From positions 434,001-498,000 of the forward strand of contig NW_027590187.1 in NCBI RefSeq assembly GCF_964213995.1: a DNA stretch of 64,000 nt. The letters are read 5' to 3'. The notes beneath the pieces were generated by a model, which saw nothing but the letters and a program-made list of their open reading frames with translations, was not told the DNA's origin and did no database searches. Shown here piece after piece: positions 29,856 to 41,746 of this stretch; the first letter of the stretch is position 1; every line of letters begins with the position of its first letter. The translations under genes were made by a program, and so were the position numbers. Origin of the DNA: Mustelus asterias (lineage: Eukaryota).

Positions 29856-30449
29856 TACAGAGAAGTTCAGAGTTCAGAGAAGGTTTACAGGATTAATACC
29901 AGGAAGGAGCAGGTTCTCATGAGGAATTGTTGGAGGGGATAAGTTTGCATGCATGAGAGTTTAGAAGAGTAAGTATCGACTTGATTGAAATTTTACAGAT
30001 CTGAGTGGTCTTGACAGGATGGATGTGGAGAGAATATTTCCTCTTGTGGGAGAATCTAGAATAAGGGGTCACTGTTTCAAAATAAAGGGACATTCATTTA
30101 AGGCACAGATGAGGCGAGATTATTTTCTCTCAGAGGGTTGTGCGTCGATGGAACTCCCTTCCTCAAAAGGCAAAGCAAGCAAAGTCTTTCAATATTTTGA
30201 TTGCAGAGGTGGATAGAAAATCATAGAATCTCTACAGTGCAGATGGAGGCCATTTGGCCCCTCGGGTTTGCACTGATTTTCCAACAGAGCATCTTTCTGA
30301 GGGCAACTCCTTGCCACATCCCTGTAACCCCATGCATTTACCCTCCTAATCCCCTCAACCTACACATCTTGGGACACAAAGAAGCAAATTGGCATGTCAA
30401 TCCACCTAACCTGCACATCTTTGGAATGTGAGAGGAAACCGGAGTGTAA

Positions 30450-31420
30450 AAACATAGAAACCAGAAGCAGGAGGAGGCCATCCGGCCCATCGAGCCTGCT
30501 CCACAATTCATTCTGATCATTGAATTCAATATCCTGATCCCCCCCCCCCTCCCCCCATATCCCTTGATCCCTTTGAACCAAGAGCTATATCTCATTTCTT
30601 CTTGAAACCAGACAACGTTTTGGCCTCAATTACATTCTGTGGTAGTGAATTCCGCACATTCACCACCCTCTGGGTGAAGAAATTTCTCCTCACCTAAGTT
30701 CTGAAAGCTTTACTCCTTATCCTCAACCAAGACCCCTAGTTCTGGACTCCCCCACCATTTGGAACATTCTTTCTAACCGACTTAGTCTCTCTGAATTCTA
30801 AGCGAGTTAGTCTCTCATCATATGACAGACCTGCCAGCCCAGGAATCAGCCAAGTAAACCTTCATTGTACTCTCTCTACAGCAAGGACATCCTTCCTCAG
30901 ATAAGGACACCAAAAGTGCACACAATACTCCAGGTGTGGCCTCACCAACGCCCTACACAATTGCAGCAAAACATCCCTATCTCTGTACTCAAATCCTCTC
31001 GCTATTAAGGCCAACATGCTATTTGCCTTCTTTACTGCCTGCTGTACCTGCGCTCTTACTTTCAGGAACTGATGCATGAGGACTCCAAGCTCTCATTGAA
31101 TATCCACCTCTCTAAATTTACAGCCATTCATGAATAATAATCTTTTTTCCGATTCCTTCTACCAAAGTGGATAACCTCACATTTATCCACATTATAGTGC
31201 ATCTGACATGCGATGCCCATGCACTCAGCTTGTCCAAATCACACTGAAGTAACTCTGCATCCTCCTCACAGCTTACCCTCCCACCCAACTTCGTATCATC
31301 TGCAAATTTGGAGATAATACATTCAGTTCCCTCTTCTAAATCATTAATATATAATGTGAACAGTTGGGGTCCTAGCACTGATCCCTGCAGAACCCCACTA
31401 GTCACTGACTGCCACTCAGA
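30450..31420 (-). mobile_element. CR1 RT and 3' fragment
   Basis: QGSVLGPQLF, FADD, LVRPHLEYC; TTTCTATG tail. Confidence 0.88.
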
Positions 31421-31853
31421 AAAAGCACCCAGAGGAACAAATGTTGACACAGGGAGAATGTGCAAATTCCAGACAGTCACCCAAGGTTGGAATTGAACCC
31501 GGCTCCCTGGTGCTTCGAGGAAGCAAGGAGGTGAAAGATTATCGGGGATAGGTAAGGATGTGGGTTTGAAGTTACAATCAGACCAGTCATGATCATACTG
31601 AATGGTGGAGCAGGCTCAAGGGGCCAAGTGACCTACACCTGCTCCTAATTCATACATTCATCTGTCTGGGAATTTTTGAAATATGTTCAAGAGAATTTCT
31701 TGGACCAGAGTATTCTCAAGAAACTATGAACAAAGCATTGCTGGATCTGGTGCTGGGGAATGGGGTGGGCCATGGGCAAAAGATGTTCTTCCAGAGAGTC
31801 AGTGAATCTCCCTTATTGTTTGGTTCTAATTACAGCCTCTCTCTCTCTTACAG

Positions 31854-32015
31854 TCAGTCTGGGTGTTCCTGACTGAGCAGAATGGCCTGATCTCACCACA
31901 CATATTGAGAGGGAGGAGCTGCCGCTCGAGATGAAGATGATTGAGAACTCCAGCTTTCTCTCCACTCGTTTACTGAGTGGGCCTTCATCCATCATTAGTT
32001 TTCCCAGGATGTCAG
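31854..32015 (+). pseudogene. Candidate exon of an unidentified gene
   Basis: CTAAT branch, (CT)n TACAG acceptor, CAG/GTACAT donor in phase 1; paralogous acceptor at 52081-52156. Confidence 0.5.
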
Positions 32016-33967
32016 GTACATTAACATCTTCTCCTGCTGTGCACACTGACCTGACAGTGGGAAGGTATTGGAGCATAATGGGGCAGTCAACCATGTCAAA
32101 GGTGTGGGTAGGTTGAGAAGGATGAGGAGATGAGGAGGGATTGTTCAGCTGGGTAAGACTGCACTCGGCCGGTTCCATTCTTATCTTTCTGGTCATATGC
32201 AAAGTATCACCTGCAATGGTTTCTCTTCCCATCCTGTTCTGTTACCACCGAAATCACCCAAGGATATATCCTTGGCTCCTTCCTATTTTTCATCTACACC
32301 TTACCCCTCAGTGATATTATCTGAAAGCACAGTGTTAGTTTTCACATGTCTGCTGATAACACCCAGCTGTACCTCACCATCACCTCTCACAACCAATCCC
32401 CTGTTATTAAGTTATTACACTCCTTCTCCGACCTCGAGTACTGGCTAAGCAGAGAATTCCCCCAATTAAATATTTGGAAGACCAATGTTTCCACTACAAA
32501 TTATGTTCTCAGTCACTGAGTCCATCTCCCACTGTCAATGTCCGAGTTTGAAACAAACCCTCATAATCTTGGCACCTCATCAGACTCGGAAATAAGATTC
32601 CAACCACATATCTGTTCCTTCACCAAGATCACCTATTTCCAGCTGTGTAACATCACACAGTGTTTGGAATGCCTCAACTCACCCGTCCCTGAAACCCTCA
32701 TCCATGCTTCTGTTACCTTTAGACGTGACAATTCAAACACACTCTGGCCCAGCAGAATTCCTTGCTTAGAGGACATTAGTAATCCAGATAGGGTTCAATG
32801 ACAAGCGACAATTAGATTTTTGATTGCAGATTCATAGTGAATTCAAATTTCATCATCTGCCATAATATCATTACTCTACACATCTTGGGTCAATGAGTGC
32901 AGAAATTTATTCTCATGTCAGTGCGAAATGATCTGATCCTTACACTGAGCCAGCTTCCGCAATCTCCCAATGTCCACAAAATCAAACCCCTTCAGAATCT
33001 TGTATGTTTTAATGTTTTGCCTCTCATGCTTGTGAATCACAGAGAATACAGACCCAGTTTACGAAGGGTCACATCATATGAAGCCCTTTCATCCCCGTGG
33101 ACCAATTTACTGACCCTTCATTAGTGATTGAAGCACAATGAGAAAACCCTTTCCCGCAGTGAGTAGTTCAGCTCTGGGATGCATTGTCTGACAATGTGGT
33201 GATGCAGCTTCAAGTGAGGCATTCAGAAAGGAATTGGACTGTTAAAGTTACACCAGCAGAGTGGCACTGGTTAGCGCTGCTTCTTCACAGCGCCAGAGAA
33301 CCATGCTCAATTCCTCCATGGCTGACTGTCTGTGTGGAGTTTGCACATTCTCCCTGTATCTGCATGGGTTTCCCCAGGTGCTCCAGTTTCCTCCCATAGA
33401 CTAAAGATGTGCAGAATAAATGGATTAGGCATGATATATTGCCCCTTAGTGACCCAAGATGTGTAGAGTAAGAGGGTTAGCCATGGGCGAAAGATGTTCT
33501 TCCAGAGAGTCAGTGCAGATGCAATGGGCAAATGGCCTCCTTTTACACTGTGGATTATGCGGGATCCAATGGATACTCAGTGCTTCCATTTGTGAAGCCA
33601 AGGATCCCATCCACTTTGCAAGCGACTGTCCTAAACTGTCTCACTTTCAAATATCTTCCTGAACCTACTCCCTCTGAGCCTGCACACTGTTTAGAACTGG
33701 ACCATTCAGTTTATTTTGCCTCTCCCCATCTCTTCTGTCAAAAGGCAGCACCGTTCCTGAGTGTGGGATTCATAATGTGTCTCTTCCACAGTATCAGTGA
33801 GAACTGATACTGCAGCTTCTGTTTCTCCAAGAGAATCTTTCTGGCTAAAGCTGGAATTTACAAGGATTTCTGTCACTGAGACATTGTCTGGCCGTCTGTG
33901 TCTCACCTCCCTAACTCACTCTGTCTCTGTCTCTCCCTCCACCCACTCTCATCCACTCTATATGAAG

Positions 33968-34314
33968 GCGGGATATTGTTGCTTAGTGACTGAGTGCACA
34001 CAATCTGTATATTCATCTCATCAAATAGAATTCAGCTTGTGAACAATATCATCATTTCAACCAGTTCTGAGTTAAATCAGGCACAGTTCTGATTGGCTGC
34101 AGCCCCCTGAATCTGGGGAGCAGACACTGTGAGCATTGCTGGCCTCAGAGGCTTTTACAGTTACTGAGCTGGGAAACTCCAACTAATCCTTGAGAATCCA
34201 CAGCACAGAGCGGGAGGAGAGGAAAGCCTGTCCTGGGAGCTGTCAATCTGAGACAGTTTGACCCTGTCAATGTGCAGATGTGAACCTGCTCCTTCCATTC
34301 CCAAACTGTTATAA
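33968..34314 (+). pseudogene. Candidate terminal coding exon of the same unidentified gene, with five in-frame TGA
   Basis: CTAAC branch, ~50-nt pyrimidine tract, AAG acceptor in phase 1; about 116 codons with no TAA/TAG until the last. Confidence 0.42.
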
Positions 34315-34454
34315 CGAGGAATACAGAACGCCCAGTAATGACCAGCTTGTTGCAATGTGTTTGAATGAACATGATGTGATATCACCGAAGCAGCATTTTG
34401 AAATATTCATTCAATGTATTCTGATGAAATGTATTTTTATGCTCTGTGTGCATT

Positions 34455-34705
34455 CATAGAAATCATAGAAACCTTACAGTGCAGAAGGAGGCCATTCGGC
34501 CCATCGAGTCTGCACGGACCACAATCCCCCCCCAGGCCCTACCCCCACATATTTACCCGCTAATCCCTCTAACCGACACATCCCAGGACTCTAAGGGGCA
34601 ATTTTTAACCTAGCCAATCAACCTAACCCGCACATCTTTGGACTGTGGGAGGAAACCGGAGCACCCGGAGGAAACCCACGCAGACACGAGGAGAATGTGC
34701 AAACT
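34455..34705 (-). mobile_element. 5'-truncated HE1-like SINE
   Basis: Tail and V-domain. Confidence 0.88.
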
Positions 34706-34890
34706 TATGCCATTGCATAAGAATCTTCCTCTGACATGAGACCGTATTTTGCCTTTGTGCCTTGATGCTGCTTTTAAAAGAAAATGTTCATGTTATGAAT
34801 TTTCTCATCGAACCACAGGAAGAATTATAGAAAAATAACAGCACAGAAGGAAGCCATTGAACCTATCCTGCCATGCCAGTCCAAGGACAC

Positions 34891-35027
34891 AGTGAGAAGT
34901 CTCACAACACCAGGTGAAAGTCCAACAGGTTTATTTGGTAACAAAGCTTGCTGCTCCTTCATCAGGTGAGTGGGAGTTCTATTCACAACAGGGCATATAA
35001 AGACACAAATTCAATTTACAAAATAAT
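34891..35027 (-). mobile_element. Penelope solo pLTR fragment
   Basis: TSD AAGGACAC at 34883-34890 and 35028-35035; empty site in the paralogous block at ~38593. Confidence 0.85.
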
Positions 35028-35192
35028 AAGGACACCCAGGTGTCCTTTCCAAGCCCATCTTCCTGCACCCAGCCCGGAGCCATGCAGCTGAATGCACGAT
35101 GGAGATCCAAATACTAAATGCCAAAACTTGGCAAACCTTCTTTGAGCCAGTGACTGCCCTGAAGCAGGAGATTTAATATTTCAAATCGCACC

Positions 35193-35274
35193 CGCTGCGA
35201 GCAGGGTTCGAACCTGCGCGGGGAAACCCCATTGGATTTCAAGTCCAACGCCTTAACCACTCGGCCATCGCAGC
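35193..35274 (-). tRNA. tRNA-Ser(TGA), apparently intact
   Basis: 82 nt; acceptor GCTGCGA/TCGCAGC fully paired; G73; long variable arm; intact A and B boxes. Confidence 0.93.
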
Positions 35275-35575
35275 TGCTTATTTGTTGTTATGATGTAACC
35301 GCCTTAGCAACATTCACAGACCTTTATCAGGCACCGGAATGATGCAGAGCACAGCGTGTGAGTTGAAATTTGTTCGTCTCCTTTTAATTTGTATCTTTGT
35401 CTCTGATCCAGAACTCATTCACTAGTTCAGACTTGTTATTCTTTTTCAATAACCTTTCATTAAAATCAAATTGAACCCGAATTCTGCATCCGAAAAATAA
35501 AGTCCACTTCATTTCAGTCAAATGGTGCGTGGAAACCGCAAGAGGGCGCCGATAATGTCCAATATACATTACCAA

Positions 35576-35637
35576 TGCGATGGCCGGGAATCAAACCCGG
35601 GTCAAGGCAGCTATGCTCACCACTCTCCCACCATCGC
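35576..35637 (-). pseudogene. tRNA-Gly(TCC) pseudogene with a 10-nt anticodon-arm deletion
   Basis: Matches Gly-TCC except for missing CCAAGCAGTT; B box reads TTTG. Confidence 0.88.
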
Positions 35638-36384
35638 TCACTCTGCGTAAGCAGTTGTTATTTTCATTCGTTATAATTACAAAACTACCTTAGTTGCTGA
35701 TTTCAGCAGACACCAGGTGTGTCCTTGGCCCATTTTTTTAACCTGAACTTCACTTGTCTCGTTTCTCTGGACAGTTTGAGCCACCTTTTTGCTGTTGTTT
35801 CTGACTGATAACTCTGATTAGATTTGCAGTTCATTTGAACAAAGTTTCCACTGAACGGAAATTGAAGCTGGATTTTATGTTAGAAACACATGGATGATGA
35901 GAATATTTGGTGATTTTTTTTAGAACTGTCCCCCTTCTGTTCTGACCAGAGATAGCTAATTAAATAAGTCAAAACTCTGGGTCAGGAACTGACCCTTGGT
36001 CAAATGCTCGCACAGTCACCACAACACCACCTGGCTCTGTCACCCCCTCTTTATTTATAGAACGAATACACAAGCAATCAAGTGGCAGAGAAATCACAGC
36101 TTAGAGAATTATATAACCGACATTCCCGTTCTGGGAGTTTTACACTTTCCGATAGATCGGGGTGAGCATGGTCGCCCAATCAGAAAGCAGGTCCTTGGGA
36201 CATGGAATTTGATTAATATCATGTTTTGCAATCATGTTAATCGGTCAGAACCATGTTGATGTTATTTCACTCCAATCTATGAAGGTTTGATTGAATCGTG
36301 ACCTTGTTGCACAACTTGCGTTCAGCCAGGTGATGGCAGCAGGGAAAAATAATTTGGATTTGCTGTGTGTGTCAATAAATCTCG

Positions 36385-38280
36385 TCATGGAGGTTCACAG
36401 CATGGAAAAAGGCCCTTCGGCACAACATGTTCATGCCGCCCAATTTTTGCCATTAAGTTCGTCCCTATTGCCCGTGTTTGGTCCATATCCCTCTATATCC
36501 AGCTCACCCATGTAATTGTCTAAATTCTTTTTAAAAGACAAAATGGTACCCGCCTCGACGACCTCTGGCAACTCGTTCCACACACCACTCTCTGTGTGAA
36601 ATAAATTGCCCTTCTGGACCCTTTTGTATCCCTCCCCTCTCATCGTAAACCTATGTTCTCTAGTTTTAGACTCCCATATTGTGGGGAAAAGCTGTTGGCT
36701 ATCTACCTTATCTATTTCCTCATTATGATATAGGCCTCTTTATATCACCTCCAGGTCTCCTGTGCTCCAGGGGAAAAAAAAGTTCCAGTCTATCCAACCC
36801 CTCCTTATAACTCAAACCATCAAATCCTGGTAGCATCCTAATAAATCTTTTCTGCACTCTTTCTAGTTTAATATCCTTCCTTCCCATAATAGGGTGACCA
36901 GAACTGTACACAGTATTCCAAACGTGGCCTTACGAATGTCTTGTACAATTTCAACAAGATGTCCCAACTCCCATGTTCAATGTTCTGACCACTGAAACCA
37001 AGCATGTCGAATGTCTTCTTCACCACCCTGTCCACATGTGACTCCACTTTCAAGGAGCTATGAACCTGTACCCCGAGATCTCTTTGTTTTATAACTCACC
37101 CCAACGTCTTACCATGATATGAATAGGTCTTGTCGTGGTTTAATCCACCAAAATACATCACCTTACATTTATCTAAATCAAATTCCATTTGCCATTCATT
37201 GGCCCATTGACTCAATTGATCAAGATCCCACTGCAATCCGAGGTAACCTTCTTCATTGTCCACTCTGCCACCAATCTTGGTGTAAGTTGCCAACGTACTA
37301 ACCATGCCTTCTAAATTCTCATCCAAATCATTAATATAAATGACGGGGTAGGATGAGTGACTTTGCAGATGGCATAAAGATTGGCTGGGTGGTGAAAGGG
37401 AGGCTGAGTTTCTTAGTCTGCAAGAAGATATAGACAGGATAGTCAAACGGGCGGATAAGTGGCAGATGGAATTTAACCCCGAAAGATGTGAGGTAACACA
37501 CTTTGGAAGGAATAATTTGGCAAGGAAGTATTCAATGAAGGGCATGGCACTTGGAAGTTCTGTGGAATATAGGGACATTGGCGTGTCTGTCCATAATCTC
37601 TGAAGGTAGAAGGATATGTTAGTAGGATGGTGAAAAAAAAAATCATATGGGGCACTTGTCTTTAACAATCGGGGCATCGACTGCAATAAAATGTCATGTT
37701 GGAGTTGCATAGAACTTTGGTGGGGCCACAGCTAGAGTACTGTGTGCAGTTTTGGTCGCCACAAGACAGGAAGGATGTGATTGCACTGGAGGGGGTGCAG
37801 AGGAAATTCACCATGATGCTGTCTGGGATGGAACATGTAAATTCTGAAGGGAGATTGGGGAGGCTTGGATTGTTTTCTTGAGAGCAGAGAATACTGAGGG
37901 GGGACCTGATCGAGGTGTACAAAATTATGAGGGCATCGACAGAGTGGATAGGAAGGTGCTGTTCCCCTTGGTTGAAGGGTCAGTAAAAAGAGGACATAGG
38001 TTCAATGTGAGGGGCAGGATGTTTAGGGTGGATGTGCGGAAAAACATTTTTACCTAAGGGTAGTGACGGTCGGGAATGCGCTGCCTTGGAAGGTGATGGA
38101 GGCAAGTTGCCTCACATCCTTTAAAAGTATGTGTTCAGCAATTGGCATATCATAACATTCAGGCCTATGGGTCAAGTGGTGGTGGATGCGATTTGATTGG
38201 AGATCAGATGCTTCTTCGATGTCAGAGCAGACTCGATGGGCCGAAGAGCCTCTTCTGTACTGCATGACTCTATTATTCTA
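36385..38280. mobile_element. Two CR1 3' fragments head-to-head (~36385-37345 -, ~37350-38280 +)
   Basis: RP.LEYCVQFWSP motif on both strands. Confidence 0.85.
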
Positions 38281-38729
38281 TAAACAAATTCACTATGAAC
38301 CGTATCAATGTCAGCCATATTCTTTGCCAGTTCTCAGATAGGCACTGATTGATTCGAAGTTTGTTTCATTTTCCAGGATCCAGCTCAATTAAATAAATGT
38401 ATTTCTTATGTTCCGTGTGTCATTAATAAAAATCTTCCTCTGACGTGAGACCTTGTTTTGTCCTTGTGCCCCTGTTGATGCCTTTGTCATTCTGCTCATG
38501 CTTTGATTTTCCTCATGTCACCTTAGAAAGAACCAGAGAAATGTAACAGCATAGAAGGAATCCATTCGGCCTATCTTGTCCTTGCCAGACTGAGGACACT
38601 CAGGTGTCCTTTCCAAGCTCACCTTCTTGTTATGTCGCTGAAAGCATGCTGGAGATCCAAATAATTCTTTCCAAAAAAATAGGATTTGCAACTCTGTGGC
38701 TGTCTAAAGCATACATTTCCAATCACACT

Positions 38730-38811
38730 CGCTGGCAGCGGGGCTCGAATCTGCACGGAGAAACCCCATCGGGTTTCAAATCCAACGCCTTAACCACGCG
38801 GCCACAGCAGC
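38730..38811 (-). pseudogene. tRNA-Ser(TGA) pseudogene
   Basis: Paralog of 35193-35274 with mismatches in the acceptor, anticodon and T stems. Confidence 0.88.
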
Positions 38812-38820
38812 TGCTTATTT

Positions 38821-39056
38821 AACAAATTAAAGCAAATCACTGCGGATGCTGGAATCTGAAACCAAAAGAGAAAATGCAGGAAAATCTCAGCAAGTTTGGC
38901 AGCATCTGTAAGGAGAGAAAAGAGCTGACGTTTCGATTCCAGACGACCCGTTGTCAAAGCTTTGACAAAGAGTCATCTGGACTCGAAACGTCAGCTCTTT
39001 TCTTTCTTTACAGATGCCGTCAGACCTGCTGAGATTTTCCAGTGTTTTATCTTTTG
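38821..39056. mobile_element. Palindromic non-autonomous element, probably Penelope-derived, with two hammerhead motifs
   Basis: ~97-bp inverted arms centred on AAGCTT (38957-38962); degenerate TSD GCAG..CTTATTT; absent from the paralogous block at ~35283. Confidence 0.8.
38958..38996 (+). ncRNA. Minimal type-I hammerhead ribozyme motif, U3-A8 variant
   Basis: AGCT-TTGACAA-A-GAGTC-ATCTG-GACTC-GAAACGTC-AGCT. Confidence 0.68.
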
Positions 39057-39390
39057 GCAGATCTTATTTGTCTGAATAATGTAACCACCTCATTAAAGTT
39101 CATATTAACTTCATCAGGCACCATGATTGCGCAACGCACAGTGCGGGAGCTGAAATTTGTTCCTCTCCTTTTACTTTGAATCTTTGTGTCTGGCTGAAGA
39201 TTCATTTATTCGGTCAGAGTCTTGATTTTCTCTTCAATATTTTTCATTAAAAAAGAATTATGTCCGAACAAAAAATGAAAAAGGTATCTGCATTTTATTT
39301 CATTCCTGTCAAATGTTTCGTTCGCCCTGTTTTTGTCCACTCAGTTTAAAACACAAGAGGCCGTGGATAAGGTTCAAAATAAATGACCAA

Positions 39391-39462
39391 TGCATTGGCC
39401 AGGAATCAAACCTGGGTCATCTGCTTGGAAGGCAGTTATGCTCACCCCTATACCACCATCGC
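39391..39462 (-). pseudogene. tRNA-Gly(TCC), full length but probably a pseudogene
   Basis: 72 nt, anticodon TCC; B box TTCG changed to TTTG; D-loop change; acceptor mismatch. Confidence 0.85.
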
Positions 39463-40907
39463 TCACTCTGCTTAAACAACCGTTATTTTCATTAGTTATA
39501 ATTACGGAACTTCCTGAGTTGCTGATTTCATCAGATACCAGATGTGTCCATAGCACAGTTTGTAAACTGAACTTGGCTTGTCTCGTAGTTCTGGACAGTT
39601 TAGGCCACCTTTCGTTTTACAATTGTTTCTGACTGAGAACTCATTGATTAGTTTTGAGGCCTTTAATTTCATTTAAACAACATTTCAGCTGAAAGCAAAT
39701 TGAATGTGGATTTTACATTAGAAACACAGCGATGATGAGAATTTTTAATCAATTTTATTTTAGGAGTGCCCACCTACTGTTCTGACCTGCGATAGATAAT
39801 TAAATGAATTACCACTGTGATGGCCAGGAACTGACCCTTGGTCAAATGTTCGCACAGTCACCATCATCACTCACCTGGCTCTGCCACCCCCTCAGTCTGA
39901 AAATCCAGCTCTGACAGTGAATCTGGTCACCTTCGGGCCCAATCGGAGGATGGTCAGAACATGTCTGCCACTGTCAGAAACTCCATTATCAGCGAGTGGG
40001 GGATGATTATTTAACTGGCTGTCACTGGTTGTTGAGGTTGTGATTTACTGTTACCTGTCAGGGCAGGAAAAACAAATAAAACAGGAAAATTGAGAGACTC
40101 CGAGAGCAGTTAATTTGTATCTTCACCCTAAAGAAACATAATGATGTCTGCAACCGCTATAATAACTGAAAAAACAGATATAACTGGCTGTTGCCGCGGA
40201 ATCTGGTTAACAGATGTGGCCGTACACCCCATGGACTGCAGCGGTTCCAGAAGGCAGCTCATCACCACCTTCCCAAGGGCAATTAGGGATGGGCAACTAA
40301 TGCTGACCCAGAGAGCGACACTCACATTCCATGAATGAATTCAAAGACAATCTGCGGGGAGAGGGCTTCAGAGTGTTTAACAATTACTGAGGCGAAAAAC
40401 TATAACGACGCCCCCGGTATACAGAGCAAAGGCTTAAAGGAGCAGAAATTCCGTCCTGGGACCTTACAGTTGGTAAAAGTTTTGTCCTGTGAATGTGTAG
40501 GTGTGAATATTGTGGAAGAGTGGATGAAAGGAGCGGGCGGGTCAGACTAATCCAACTGTGTTTGTGTGTCTGTTCTGATCATGAGATCACCGAGTCTCTC
40601 TTGTGTAAAATAAAACAATTTTCCAATCAAAGATTCCCTTAATCCCCCTGCTGAGCCCCAAAGTGAGATTTCAAGGCAAATGGTTCGCTAAATTCAAGAT
40701 TTCAGTGGAAAAGTAGAGAACATGTCAGCTATCGCGTGTGAGAGCGCGATCAGTGCAGCAGTAAAACGGGTTTCAGTGGAAAATGGAGTTCTCAGTTCGA
40801 GTGAAATCTTTTCAACAGCAAACATTCGTGTGTCAGAGACATGAAGGATGTGAGCTGGATCTCTGGAGAGGCGGAATTTCATTGCAAGGGGAGAGTTTGT
40901 GAGGAGA

Positions 40908-40985
40908 GAGAAACACAGAGAGGCTGGAGGAGCCGGGAGCTGACAGCAGCTTGTCTCTGCTCCGTCCGCTCTCTGCCTTTAAGTT
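40908..40985 (+). promoter_or_regulatory. H1 promoter with H1 (AC) box
   Basis: AAACACA at 40911-40917; weak TATA-like TTTAAG at ~40978; no CCAAT seen between them. Confidence 0.6.
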
Positions 40986-41059
40986 GCTCTGTGCCGCCAC
41001 CACTGGATTCATTTCGGATCCAGTTCTGACTCACACAGATTTTCCACACACTCTCGGAT

Positions 41060-41710
41060 ATGACTGAAACTGCAGCCGCCGAAACGGCTCCTCCAGCCGC
41101 TCCCGCTCAAGTGAAGTCTCCCAGGAAGAAGAAGGCGGCTCCCCGACCTGCGGCAGCCGGTCCCAAGTTAGGCGAGCAGATCCTCAATGTTGTGGCGGGT
41201 TGCAGCGATCGCAAGGGGATGTCCCTGGCCGCGATAAAGAAAGCTTTGGCTGGCAGTGGAGTGGATGTGGGGAAGCGCGGCTCCCAGATCAGGTTAACTA
41301 TCAAGAGGAAGGTGGAGAAAGGCTCTCTGGCGCAGACAAAGGGACAGGGCGCCTCCGGCTCCTTCAAACTCGCTAAGAAGGAAAGCCTGGGGAAAATGGG
41401 AAAGAAGGTGAAGAAACCAACAGCCAAGAAATCTTTAGTAAAGAAAACAGCGGCCAAGAAGGTGACAACAAAGAAAGCAGCAGCCAAGAAACCCGCAGCA
41501 AAGAAAACTCCAGTGAAGAAATCAACAGTGAAGAAAACAAGCAGCAAGAAGGTGGCAACTCCAAAAAAGGTGGTGAAGAAAGCAGCCCTGAAGAAAAAGT
41601 CTCCTGTGAAGAAGGTGACGGGCGGAAAGTCTGTCAAAAAAGTGACTAAATCGAAAGCCAAACCCAAAGTGAAAGCAGCAAAAGCGAAGAAAGCGTCAGG
41701 AAAGAAGTGA
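41060..41710 (+). CDS. H1: Linker histone H1, 216 aa
   Basis: Globular domain (SLAAIKKAL...QTKGQGASGSFKL), Lys/Ala-rich tail with TPKK/SPVK sites, stem-loop downstream. Confidence 0.96.
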   Translation: MTETAAAETAPPAAPAQVKSPRKKKAAPRPAAAGPKLGEQILNVVAGCSDRKGMSLAAIKKALAGSGVDVGKRGSQIRLTIKRKVEKGSLAQTKGQGASGSFKLAKKESLGKMGKKVKKPTAKKSLVKKTAAKKVTTKKAAAKKPAAKKTPVKKSTVKKTSSKKVATPKKVVKKAALKKKSPVKKVTGGKSVKKVTKSKAKPKVKAAKAKKASGKK

Positions 41711-41746
41711 AACAACCCGAGCAAATTGTAAACCTCTGAACCCAAA

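Larger units (their letters stand above)
34720..36050. repeat. Copy 1 of a duplicated tRNA-Ser/tRNA-Gly block (copy 2 at ~38430-39892)
   Basis: Collinear similarity from AATCTTCCTCTGAC.TGAGACC to GTCAAATG.TCGCACAGTCACCA...CACCCCCTC. Confidence 0.9.

Noticed and set aside
33968-34314. Five in-frame TGA read as selenocysteine codons
   Set aside because: No SECIS recognised downstream and no Cys/redox context; CGA-to-TGA decay or chance is simpler.
41107-41745. 212-aa Phe/Thr-rich ORF, and the similar ORFs 18244..18708 and 19740..20180
   Set aside because: Antisense shadows of the H1, H2A and H2B genes.
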